Positions 15,044 to 24,230 of a DNA stretch of 64,000 bases are shown in pieces. The stretch covers positions 514 through 64,513 of the forward strand of contig JAGGXR010000131.1 of assembly GCA_021162935.1 (NCBI GenBank), read 5' to 3'. Numbering within the stretch: position 1 is the first letter of the stretch; each line of letters opens with the position of its first letter. The DNA is from Deltaproteobacteria bacterium (GTDB lineage Bacteria > Myxococcota_A > Polyangia > HGW-17 > SLPX01). The notes beneath the pieces were generated by a model. The model was not told the origin of the DNA. It worked only from the letters and a program-made list of their open reading frames with translations, and made no database searches. The translations under genes were made by a program, and so were the position numbers.

Positions 15044-17701
15044 ATGCCGTCTTGCGGTCCCACCCGCCGCGGTCCAGCGACCGAGGCCATTTTCAAGACA
15101 TCCTCCAGGGCGCTCGTCCACAGGCTCCCTCTGTCGTCCGAGCGGGCCGACCGAGCCCCGTTCGTTGCGGAAAGCCCCCGATCCCTTGCCACGCTCGTCC
15201 GTCTCGGCGTCGCAACGGCTGCGACCGTGGCGATGCTTGGCAACGGCTGCGCGACACCTCATGCCCCCCCCCCGCCGAGCCGACGTTCCATCCACCGTCG
15301 CCCGGCACCCGCCCGGCTCGTGGCCCGACCGAGTCGGGTGCAGTTCGTGGCGCAATCCGGCCTCAACCTGCCCTGGATTTCGTACGGACACGACGTGGGC
15401 TGGCCCCGCCGGCCAGGCACGAACCAGCTCTTGGGGTTTCGGTTCTATCCTGGCCAGGTGGCGCGCAGAACCAAGCTTCCCAAGAACATGCACCTCATCC
15501 GCGTTTGGGCCTTCGGCGATGATCGCGCCGGCAACCTGGCCGGCCGAGATCCAGCCGAATTCGCAACCCGATGTCGCCAGGACCTATCGGCTTTGATGGA
15601 TGCCATGCCAGCCGACCAGGCCGTCATCGTGGTCCTGTCCGACTTCATGCTCGCCGACGGCCGGGGCTCGCCTCTGGGGGGCAAAGCGGGCGAACAGGTA
15701 CGCCTCGTTCACGACCCGGACGGGGCCCGCAGAGTGTGGGGCCTGCTGCGACCCTGCCTGGTCCCCATCCAACGTCGATACGGAGACCGCATCATCTGGG
15801 AGGTCATGAACGAGCCCCTCAATGGCCGCTACCTCACGGTGACCGATGCCTCGGCCCGTGCCCTCACGTCCTTTTTGTGGTTCGAAATGAAACACATCCT
15901 GTCCCTGGGTGGCAGGGTCACCCTTGGGGCCCGTAGCATCCAGGCACTGCGGCAGACCTGGGCGCCAGTCATCCGCAGGGCCGCCTCTTTTCTTCGGAGC
16001 CGCTCCCTTGCGCCCGACCATCTCGTGGTCCAATTCCACCACTACCCGGGCCAGGAACTCCACCCAACGTCGTCCCTGCGCACCTTCACGGCTCATCGCC
16101 TCAGGATGCGCCTCGGCCTGGACCCGGACACGCCCATTCTGCTCGGTGAGGCCAGACCCGAATCCGGGTTCACCATGACGGACTATCGCGCCATGGGGCT
16201 GGCCGGCGTCCTGTTCTGGCAGGACAGCCACATGCCCCTGGACCGAAACCAGGTCCGCAGGCTCATCGCGCAGATCGAATCCTCCCCTTCTGCCGAATGG
16301 AGACCCGTGCGGGCGGCCATGCTGCAAACGACGAAGCCCACTGGCTCGACCATGAAAGCGACGCAACGCACCACGGCCACGAAGCCCAGAGGACCAACGA
16401 CATCGAAGGCACCAAAACAGACGGACCCAAAGCCGGCTCCCACGAGCCACCGGGCCACGCGACGAACAACCGGCATCATCCGGCCGCCCCTACACATTGC
16501 CCTGTCCTCCTGCCGGATCGTCCAAGGCCCAGCTTCGACGCGCTGGTGGCGCAGACGTCTCGGGTTTGCCGCCAAGGCCTTCACGAAAATCAACCTGACG
16601 AATGGACGAGCCGTGGTGCAGATGGAGGTGGATGCCCACGCCCCCTCTCCAAGCCATCTATTCTGGCACGAACAACGACGTAACGGCCAGGTGCTCTGCG
16701 ACCTACCGCAGGCACCCATGGACCTGACCCACACCGAGATCGCCATCGCCTTCACCCCACCGGACCAGGCGCGTACCGCCCAAGGCGGGTCGGGGGTCCA
16801 GGTCATCGCAGAAGACAATCGAGGCAGACGACTCCACGGCCCCTGGACCTCCCTGTCGTCCTGGTCGTCGGGAATGGAACGCATTTTCTTCCGGCCGCCA
16901 CGCCACGCCGTGCCTGGAATCGGATTCCGCCAGGAAGGATTCGACCTGACCCACGTGCAATCCGTGGGTCTGCTCTGGGCGCCCTCCACCTTCGCCAAAC
17001 ATCGATACTCGGCCAGGCTCGTGCTCTCCCAGGTGGGTATCCGCCCCCTCTGTGCCGACCGAACCGCTGCCCCAGACGGCAAGACTGGGTCGAGCAGAAG
17101 CTGCCGCGAAGCGGAGCGCGTCGTCTACCGCACCGAGCAGGGACCGGCCGTCCGCATCGTCCGGATCGCAGCGGCCGACTTCCACTGTGCCTTCCACGCA
17201 AGCGACTATCCCTACATGGCCGCGGCCACGGTGGCGCCCACGTCTCGGTCTCGGGTCGATCACGAGCAACTCGTGTCGCGACGGGGCGGCTGCGCGCCCG
17301 ACGCCTGTCTCGTGGACCTACGGCTCGATCCACGACGGCCTTTCATGCAAAAAGGCGCTGTACTCGCAGACCTGACAAAGGACTGCAGCCGCCCGGGAGG
17401 CGGCCTCGTGGACCTGCGGTCCTGTCGGATCCAATTCGACGTGACGGCAGTCGGATCGACCAAGCCGGACGCGCTGTCTGTCCAACCTTTCCTGATCGAC
17501 GGATCGCGACGCACCTGCTACCTGCCCAGCCAGGTCGTTTCTGGATCCCCCATCTCCCTCGGACGCTTCGTGCCAGGCTGCGCCACACGACTGGACCGCA
17601 TCAGCCACGTGGGCCTCGCCTTTTCCCCTCATCACAAGGCCGCCATCCACGGGCAACTCCGCCTCGGAGCCATCCACATCACATGCGCCAAGCAACCCTG
17701 A
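15044..17701 (+). CDS. GH-A clan (GH5-like) glycoside hydrolase lipoprotein with C-terminal beta-sandwich domains (start uncertain)
   Basis: LGNGC lipobox, GLNLPW.SYGHD, IRVWAF, WEVMNEP acid/base, QFHHY, ILLGE nucleophile, VLFW; Thr/Pro/Lys linker. Confidence 0.65.
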   Translation: MPSCGPTRRGPATEAIFKTSSRALVHRLPLSSERADRAPFVAESPRSLATLVRLGVATAATVAMLGNGCATPHAPPPPSRRSIHRRPAPARLVARPSRVQFVAQSGLNLPWISYGHDVGWPRRPGTNQLLGFRFYPGQVARRTKLPKNMHLIRVWAFGDDRAGNLAGRDPAEFATRCRQDLSALMDAMPADQAVIVVLSDFMLADGRGSPLGGKAGEQVRLVHDPDGARRVWGLLRPCLVPIQRRYGDRIIWEVMNEPLNGRYLTVTDASARALTSFLWFEMKHILSLGGRVTLGARSIQALRQTWAPVIRRAASFLRSRSLAPDHLVVQFHHYPGQELHPTSSLRTFTAHRLRMRLGLDPDTPILLGEARPESGFTMTDYRAMGLAGVLFWQDSHMPLDRNQVRRLIAQIESSPSAEWRPVRAAMLQTTKPTGSTMKATQRTTATKPRGPTTSKAPKQTDPKPAPTSHRATRRTTGIIRPPLHIALSSCRIVQGPASTRWWRRRLGFAAKAFTKINLTNGRAVVQMEVDAHAPSPSHLFWHEQRRNGQVLCDLPQAPMDLTHTEIAIAFTPPDQARTAQGGSGVQVIAEDNRGRRLHGPWTSLSSWSSGMERIFFRPPRHAVPGIGFRQEGFDLTHVQSVGLLWAPSTFAKHRYSARLVLSQVGIRPLCADRTAAPDGKTGSSRSCREAERVVYRTEQGPAVRIVRIAAADFHCAFHASDYPYMAAATVAPTSRSRVDHEQLVSRRGGCAPDACLVDLRLDPRRPFMQKGAVLADLTKDCSRPGGGLVDLRSCRIQFDVTAVGSTKPDALSVQPFLIDGSRRTCYLPSQVVSGSPISLGRFVPGCATRLDRISHVGLAFSPHHKAAIHGQLRLGAIHITCAKQP

Positions 17702-17711
17702 AAGGAATCGG

Positions 17712-18473
17712 TCAACGGGACGCATGGGTGCCACTGGGCCGGCCAGCGGAACGGGGCGCATCGGTGCCACTTGCCTGGCCCGCGGAACGAGACACATGGG
17801 TGCCACTGGGCCGGCCTGCGGAACGAGACACATGGGTGCCACTGGGCCGGCCTGCGGAACGGGGCGCCTGGGACGGCCCCTGCCCGCCCGCAGTCCCGGC
17901 CTTGCGCGGAGGCAACGGCGGCAGGGTGGGCTGTACGCGCTCCTTCCAGAATCGCCGGCCAAGGTCATCGGCGACCTGGGCCACCGAGATCCCGCAAAAC
18001 CGGGCCACGGTGGCAGACGAGCACCAGTAGCCAGAGACCACGTACGGGTGTCCCTCCTGCAGGTCGGGAGGCGGCTCGATGCGCACGAGCACCCTGGGCC
18101 CAAGCCGAACGGGCAGGCCTTTAAAGGGCACCGTGTCCCCAAAGATGAAGTAGGGCGGCGGACAGGACTTGTGGTGGATCTGCTGGGTCCGAAGACAGGC
18201 GATGGACTTCTTCAGGTCCGACAGGAGCACCGCAGCAAAAGTAAGCACCTTCTTACGCGCGAGATCTCGACGGAGTTCACCCAGGGTGAGCGCGGTCTTT
18301 GGGATCCGGTCCATCCGGCCCACTTTCATGGGCAAAGGTATCGGCTTGCCCGGTGGGTCCTGGGGACAGGGTTTGGGCTTGTGACGACAACCTGCTGCGA
18401 ACAGCAGGACGCCGCACGTCAAGACGACCCACGACCTGCACAAACGTGGGGCGATGGGCTCACAAGCAAACAT
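17712..18473 (-). CDS. Hypothetical lipoprotein with C-terminal 12-aa repeats
   Basis: VLLFAAGC lipobox; repeats RSAGRPSGTHVS. Confidence 0.55.
   Translation of the reverse strand: MFACEPIAPRLCRSWVVLTCGVLLFAAGCRHKPKPCPQDPPGKPIPLPMKVGRMDRIPKTALTLGELRRDLARKKVLTFAAVLLSDLKKSIACLRTQQIHHKSCPPPYFIFGDTVPFKGLPVRLGPRVLVRIEPPPDLQEGHPYVVSGYWCSSATVARFCGISVAQVADDLGRRFWKERVQPTLPPLPPRKAGTAGGQGPSQAPRSAGRPSGTHVSRSAGRPSGTHVSRSAGQASGTDAPRSAGRPSGTHASR
17715..17870. repeat. 36-bp tandem repeat (~4 copies)
   Basis: GCGGAACGAGACACATGGGTGCCACTGGGCCGGCCT and variants. Confidence 0.85.
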
Positions 18474-18700
18474 GCCGACTCCACCTTCCCAAACGAACCA
18501 AGACGCCCTCATCAACGGACAACAAGGATCGCCGGGGCTCATTGCAACGATTGATCTCCATCGTATGCCGCGATATCATACATCCTGTTCCGGCCGCAAA
18601 TACAAAACCAAACGAAGGGGACTGCAGCCCAAACCAGATCGAAGCCGAAGCTGCGGCCAATCGACGAACTGCAGATGGTCCGACTGGTCGTGAACTTATT

Positions 18701-18840
18701 CTTTACCGATAAGTAAAGCAACGATCACAGTTTTCTCAAAACATGCCTTTTTTTCTCTCATAAAGCCGCTTTTTAAAGAAAATCGCGTTTTTTCCACTTG
18801 CCACCCACACAAATCGTGTTAATTTTTACTCATCAGTAAA
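18701..18840 (+). promoter_or_regulatory. Promoter with two TTTAC-N6-GTAAA palindromes (likely TetR operators)
   Basis: CTTTACCGATAAGTAAAG (18701-18718) and TTTACTCATCAGTAAA (18825-18840); TTGCCA (18798) and TAATTT (18820). Confidence 0.6.
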
Positions 18841-18863
18841 CTTAAAAAGAGGTACAAGAGTTC

Positions 18864-19472
18864 ATGGCGCGACAAAACGAAGAACAGAAACAGGGCACCA
18901 CAGAGGCCATCATGGAGGCGGCTCTGCGCGTGTTCGGCGAGCACGGATACGACGGCGCCTCACTCAAGGACGTGGCGGACCGGGCGGGCGTGACCAAGCC
19001 CACCCTGTATAACTATTACAAGGACAAGGCCCAAATCTACGAACAGATGCTCCTGTTCGTACACCATCGATACATGAATGGCGCTCGGGAGGCCATCGCG
19101 TCCGAAGAAACCGTGCCGAAGAAGATCGAGGCGTTGCTCGAATTCCAGTTCGAGTTCGCCAGGCACTACGTTGCGGTGAGCCGCGCCATCCACAGCACCA
19201 TGTTCCTACCCGACGACGTCAAACCCAAAATCAATCCATTGCTGACCATGGAAGAAAAATTCGGGCTCGTGCACGAATTGGTGCGCCAGGGCATCCAGCA
19301 GGAACTGTTCGAAGGCGAAGCGATGGATATCGCTTTGACCCTGTCGGGGCTGTCCACGTTGGGCATGATCCAGGCATCCCTGCCCAACGTACCGATCCTG
19401 CAACCAGGCCTGGCCGCCCGGCTTTGGTCCGTGGTCTACCGCGGCATTGAAAGGAGACAGGACCATGTTTGA
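18864..19472 (+). CDS. TetR/AcrR family regulator of the RND operon
   Basis: HGYDGASLKDVADRAGVTKPTLYNYYKDK HTH. Confidence 0.93.
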   Translation: MARQNEEQKQGTTEAIMEAALRVFGEHGYDGASLKDVADRAGVTKPTLYNYYKDKAQIYEQMLLFVHHRYMNGAREAIASEETVPKKIEALLEFQFEFARHYVAVSRAIHSTMFLPDDVKPKINPLLTMEEKFGLVHELVRQGIQQELFEGEAMDIALTLSGLSTLGMIQASLPNVPILQPGLAARLWSVVYRGIERRQDHV

Positions 19473-20868
19473 CACGCACCCTGTCAGCATTTCGACGCAT
19501 CACCGAGCCCCGACGCACGACCGCCTCGCCCGATGGGCCGCCTCACGATCCAGTCGCATCGTAGCCCTCGTGCTGGCTGCCAGCCTGTCGGCTGCTCTGG
19601 GGGGCTGTAAAAAAGCCGGCGGCAAAGAAAACAACAAAGCGGAAGTCGTCCCGGTCAAGGTGGAGCCAGCCGTCCGCCGCGCCATTGTGGAGCAGGTCTA
19701 CCTGGCCGGCGAGGTGACGGCCGACGTGGAAGTGAAGGTTTTCAGCCTCATTGCCCAACGCCTCCTGCGGGTCACCTTCGACGAAGGGCAGTTCGTCAAG
19801 AAGGGGAAAATTCTGGCCGAGGTCAAAGCAGGCGCCCTCTACGACGCCGTCCACCAGGCCAAGGCGGGGCTGCGAGCCGCAAAGACGCAACTCAAACTGG
19901 CCAAGATCGAACGGGACCGAACCAAGAAACTCTACAAGAGTGGAGCCTTGCCCATCGCCACACTCCAGCGAGCCGAGGCCCAGTACGACTCGGCCCAGGC
20001 CCAAGTGGCACAGATGCAGGCCATCATGGGACAGAGCTACTCGAACATTTCGAACGTCACCATCCGCGCGCCCGTGTCCGGGCTCATCGGACAGAAGTTC
20101 CTCAACAAGGGTGACACCGCAAGCCCCCAAATGCCCCTGTGCACCATCGTACAAATGGACAGGGTCCGCATCAAGGCAGCGGCCACCGAACTCGATCTCG
20201 TGCGTCTGTCCAAAGGCCAACCGGCCACCGTGACCGTACCCGCCTATCCGAACCGAGCATGGAAGGGCAAGGTGGACTACATCGCACCGGTACTCGATCG
20301 GGCCACGAGAACCGCCACGATCACTATCATCGTGGACAATCCGAAACACGAACTGCGACCGGGCATGTTCGCCGACGTCCAGATCGAGGTGGGGCGCCGC
20401 GAAGGGGTCATCATGGTCAAGGCCCTCGCCGTGGCCCGGTACGTGGCAGCCGACGAAACGGTCCATCACCGAGTGTTCCTCGTCGATGGCGACAAGGTCA
20501 AGGCCCAAGACGTGGTCATTGGAGAACGCCAGGACGATTTTGTGGAAATCCGTAAGGGCCTCGATGCAGGCCAACGAATTGTGGTCCTGGGCGTGTTCCG
20601 ACTCAGAGATGGTTCGCATATCAAGATCATCAAGGACCAGCCGGCACCTCCGGTTGCCGTCCCGACACAGACCTCCGGATCGAGGCCACGCGTCATCCCG
20701 AAAACCGGTCAGGCGGGGGCAACCTCGTCCAAACCCACCGGATCCAAGGCATCCAGGGCTCGATTGGCTGCGCACAAAACAAAAAGAAATCGATCGCACG
20801 CCAGAACGAGGCCATCCCGACGCGAAGTGAACGACCACGAGACACGACGCGCTTCGAAGGGAGACTGA
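19465..20868 (+). CDS. RND efflux periplasmic adaptor (MFP)
   Basis: LGGC lipobox, EGQFVKKG, IRAPVSG, LRPGMFA, GLDAGQRIV; basic C-terminal tail. Confidence 0.92.
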   Translation: MFDTHPVSISTHHRAPTHDRLARWAASRSSRIVALVLAASLSAALGGCKKAGGKENNKAEVVPVKVEPAVRRAIVEQVYLAGEVTADVEVKVFSLIAQRLLRVTFDEGQFVKKGKILAEVKAGALYDAVHQAKAGLRAAKTQLKLAKIERDRTKKLYKSGALPIATLQRAEAQYDSAQAQVAQMQAIMGQSYSNISNVTIRAPVSGLIGQKFLNKGDTASPQMPLCTIVQMDRVRIKAAATELDLVRLSKGQPATVTVPAYPNRAWKGKVDYIAPVLDRATRTATITIIVDNPKHELRPGMFADVQIEVGRREGVIMVKALAVARYVAADETVHHRVFLVDGDKVKAQDVVIGERQDDFVEIRKGLDAGQRIVVLGVFRLRDGSHIKIIKDQPAPPVAVPTQTSGSRPRVIPKTGQAGATSSKPTGSKASRARLAAHKTKRNRSHARTRPSRREVNDHETRRASKGD

Positions 20869-20871
20869 GTC

Positions 20872-23800
20872 ATGAACCTCAGCGAGATGAGCGTTCGCCG
20901 CGCGGTGACCGTGTCCATGATCTACCTTGGGGTCGTCGGATTCGGCATCTTCTCCTATCTGCGCCTGCCCAGAGACCTGTTCCCTGACCTCACCTTCCCC
21001 ACCATCGTGATCATCACCCAGTACAACGGGGCTGGGCCATCCGACGTGGAACAGCTCGTGACCAGGCCCATCGAAAGCGCCGTGGCCTCGGTCGAAGGCG
21101 TCAAAACGGTCAGGTCCACATCCAAGTATGGCGTCTCCGTGGTCCTCCTTGAATTCAACTGGGGCACGGACATGGCCAAGGCCGAAACCGACGTGCGTAA
21201 GAACATCGACCTGTTCGTGCGCAACATGCCGGACGAGGTGGAAAAGCCACTGACCTTTGCATTCGACCCGTCCCTGCAGCCAATCACGTTTTTGATGCTC
21301 AGCGGGCCCGAGGGCCCGGCCGCCGTGCGCCACCTTTCCGAGACCCTCGTGGAGCCGAGACTGGAACGGATCCCCGGAGTGGCGTCCGCGGACACGGCCG
21401 GCGGACTCAAACGCGAAATCCAGGTGGAGCTGAGGCCTGAACGGCTTCGCGCCCTGCGCGTGGATGCCTCGCAGGTGGTCAATGCCATCCGCATGGCGAA
21501 CATGCAGCTTCCAGGAGGGGCCATCCGCCAGGCCGGCCAACTCCTGAGCATCGACACCAAGGGGCGCTACACCTCGGTCCATCAAATCGCCCGCACCATC
21601 GTGGTACGCCGGCCCATGCGGACCATCCGGGTCGAGGACGTGGCCCAGGTCCGAGACTGGCACCAGGACCTCAATCGAGTCATCTCAGTCAACGGCAAAC
21701 CCGCCGTCATGATCCTGGTCCGTAAGCAGTCCGACGCCAACACACTGATCGTGGCAAACAGAATCGTCAAGCAACTCCCAAAAATCATCAAAGTCCTTCC
21801 CAAGGGCTTCAAGATCCAGGTCATGTTCAACCAGGCCACGATCATCAAACGGTCTCTAGGAAACGTCGTCAGGACAGGCTGGCAGTCGTTCCTCATGGCC
21901 GGAATCGTCCTATTCCTCTTCCTGTTCAGCCTCAAGGCGAGCCTCATCGTGGCCGCCGCCATCCCCCTGTCTCTTCTGGTGGCGTTCTCGGCCATGGACG
22001 CGAGCGGCATCAGCCTGAACATGATCTCCACCTCAGGCCTCGCCCTGGGCATCGGCATGCTCGTGGACAACGCCATCGTGGTCCTGGAAAACATCTTCAG
22101 ACATTTCCAGATGGGAGAACCGCCGGCCAATGCGGCAGTCAAGGGCGCCAAGGAAGTCAGCATGGCCATCACGGCCTCCACCATGACCACCCTGGCGGTC
22201 TTCATCCCCGTGCTCTTCGTGCCTGGCATCGCCGGCGCCCTCTTCAAGGACATGGTCCTGACCATCTGTTTCTCCCTGGCGGCCTCGCTCATCGTGGCGT
22301 TGACGCTCATTCCCATGGCGACATCACGGCTGCTCAAGCCAAACCCCAACAAGAAAAAGGGCCCCTTCTTGCGGCTCGCAGACAGAATCAAAGGCTCCTT
22401 CAACGGTTTCCTGAACGCGTATGCCTGGTTCCTGCGATTTTCGTTGCGGTTCCGAAAGACCACCCTGCTGGTGGGCATCGCCTTGTTCGTAGCCTCTATC
22501 TTTATCTTGAAGTCCGTTGGGACCGACTTCCTGGCCAAGGGCGACCAGGGCCGAATCGAACTCCAAGTCACCACGAACTCGTCGAACAACCTGGACCAGA
22601 CCAAAAAACTCCTGGCCCAGGTGGAAAAGGTCGCCATCAAGGCCGTGCCCGAGGCGGAGATGTTTTCCTCCGACGTGGGCACGGGCGAAGGCATCGGGGC
22701 TGTGTTTGGCAGCGGCGAATTCGCCGGGCGAGTCAGGATCAAACTCCCTCCCCTGAGCAAACGCAAACGCAAGCAAGCCACCATCGAAGAAGCCATGCGA
22801 AAGGCCGTCAAGGACATCCCGGGCGTGAAGGTTCGTCCCTTCGTCTTCAACATGACCGGCTCCGAAGGAGACCTCGAAATCCACATCTTCATCCACGATT
22901 TGGTCAAGGGCAGACTGCTCGCAGACCGTGTCCGCACGGTCCTCGAAGACATCCCAGGCGTTCGAGACGTGAAGCACAACCTCGAAGACACCACACCCCA
23001 GATTCAGATCCGGCTCAACCGCGAACGACTCTCGCAGCTCGGCACGAACCCTGGACGAGCCACCGCCACCATCTCCACCTATTACATGGGCACCGTTGCG
23101 TCCTATTACCAGGAAAATGGCGACGACTACAAAATCCTGGTCCGAACGCCGAAACGCTTCCGGGACCACATCGAACGACTCAGGAACCTACCCGTATTCG
23201 TGGGTCAGGGCGTCCCTATGCCCATGGGCAGCATTGCGCATGTCAAGGACACCATGGCTCCGACCCAGATCGAACGTGAGGGCCAAAAGCGTGTGGTCAA
23301 GGTCATCGCCAACGTCTACAACCGCCCGCTGGGGGACGTACTCACAGACGTACAGCATGCCCTCAAGTCCAAAGTACGCTGGCCGAACAACGTGGTCTGG
23401 ACCATTGAAGGGTCCGCAAAGGACATGAAGGAATCCTTCAGCTACTTGGGGCTCGCCTTCATCGCCGCCATTTTCCTGGTGTACATGGTCATGGCTTCCC
23501 AGTTCGAGTCCCTGCTCGAACCCTTCGTCATCTTGCTGTCCATTCCGCTGGCCGTCATCGGCGTGGCCGCGGCTCTGTACCTCACTCACACGCCCATCAC
23601 CATGACTGCTGCCATCGGTATCGTGATGCTGGTGGGCATCGTGGTGAACAACGCCATCGTGCTCATCGACTTCCTCAAGCAACGCTGGAACCGAAAATGG
23701 GACACCCTCATCGACGCAGCCGTCGCCGCGGCAACGATTCGCCTGCGTCCCATCTTGATGACCACGCTCACCACAATCCTCGCCATGCTGCCCATGGCGC

Positions 23801-24012
23801 TCGGCATCGGCGAAGGATCGGAAACCTGGGCCCCCATGGCCCGGACCGTCATCGGCGGCCTCACCACGTCCATGATCCTCACCCTCGTGATCGTACCTGC
23901 CTGGTACGTGCTCATCGCCGGCACCATCGCCCGGCATCGTGAGCGACGCGCCGTCAAAAAGGCCGCCAAGCTCGCCGCCAAAACTGCTGCCACCCAAACC
24001 GAGGAGGCATAG
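20872..24012 (+). CDS. RND efflux permease (AcrB family)
   Basis: 1046 aa; GMLVDNAIVVLEN, GIVVNNAIVL, RLRPILMTT, GGL. Confidence 0.95.
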   Translation: MNLSEMSVRRAVTVSMIYLGVVGFGIFSYLRLPRDLFPDLTFPTIVIITQYNGAGPSDVEQLVTRPIESAVASVEGVKTVRSTSKYGVSVVLLEFNWGTDMAKAETDVRKNIDLFVRNMPDEVEKPLTFAFDPSLQPITFLMLSGPEGPAAVRHLSETLVEPRLERIPGVASADTAGGLKREIQVELRPERLRALRVDASQVVNAIRMANMQLPGGAIRQAGQLLSIDTKGRYTSVHQIARTIVVRRPMRTIRVEDVAQVRDWHQDLNRVISVNGKPAVMILVRKQSDANTLIVANRIVKQLPKIIKVLPKGFKIQVMFNQATIIKRSLGNVVRTGWQSFLMAGIVLFLFLFSLKASLIVAAAIPLSLLVAFSAMDASGISLNMISTSGLALGIGMLVDNAIVVLENIFRHFQMGEPPANAAVKGAKEVSMAITASTMTTLAVFIPVLFVPGIAGALFKDMVLTICFSLAASLIVALTLIPMATSRLLKPNPNKKKGPFLRLADRIKGSFNGFLNAYAWFLRFSLRFRKTTLLVGIALFVASIFILKSVGTDFLAKGDQGRIELQVTTNSSNNLDQTKKLLAQVEKVAIKAVPEAEMFSSDVGTGEGIGAVFGSGEFAGRVRIKLPPLSKRKRKQATIEEAMRKAVKDIPGVKVRPFVFNMTGSEGDLEIHIFIHDLVKGRLLADRVRTVLEDIPGVRDVKHNLEDTTPQIQIRLNRERLSQLGTNPGRATATISTYYMGTVASYYQENGDDYKILVRTPKRFRDHIERLRNLPVFVGQGVPMPMGSIAHVKDTMAPTQIEREGQKRVVKVIANVYNRPLGDVLTDVQHALKSKVRWPNNVVWTIEGSAKDMKESFSYLGLAFIAAIFLVYMVMASQFESLLEPFVILLSIPLAVIGVAAALYLTHTPITMTAAIGIVMLVGIVVNNAIVLIDFLKQRWNRKWDTLIDAAVAAATIRLRPILMTTLTTILAMLPMALGIGEGSETWAPMARTVIGGLTTSMILTLVIVPAWYVLIAGTIARHRERRAVKKAAKLAAKTAATQTEEA

Positions 24013-24124
24013 CTGCCCCTTTTCCGACAGGGCCATGGCCCTCCCCCAGCCAACTCCCTTGCCGACTCCTTGCTGACTGCCATCGCCCGGCAATGGCAGC
24101 AGTTGCACAACCTCACAACCACCC

Positions 24125-24143
24125 CGCAAAAAGCCAGCGACGA
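24125..24143 (+). repeat. 19-bp direct repeat, copy 1
   Basis: CGCAAAAAGCCAGCGACGA, identical to 26631-26649. Confidence 0.85.
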
Positions 24144-24230
24144 GGCCTCGTAACGGATCTTCCCCAGAACAACAGGCGCGATGGCACCGAGTTCGTCGAT
24201 TTGCTCGAAACCGTGGCGTTGGTGGCGTAC

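Noticed and set aside
17715-17870. 36-bp repeats as a CRISPR array
   Set aside because: Units are directly adjacent with no unique spacers, they are in frame within a gene, and no cas genes are present.
20872-24012. RND proton-relay variants (VDNA and VNNA instead of VDDA and AKNA)
   Set aside because: This pattern is common in a broad RND subgroup and is not novel by itself.
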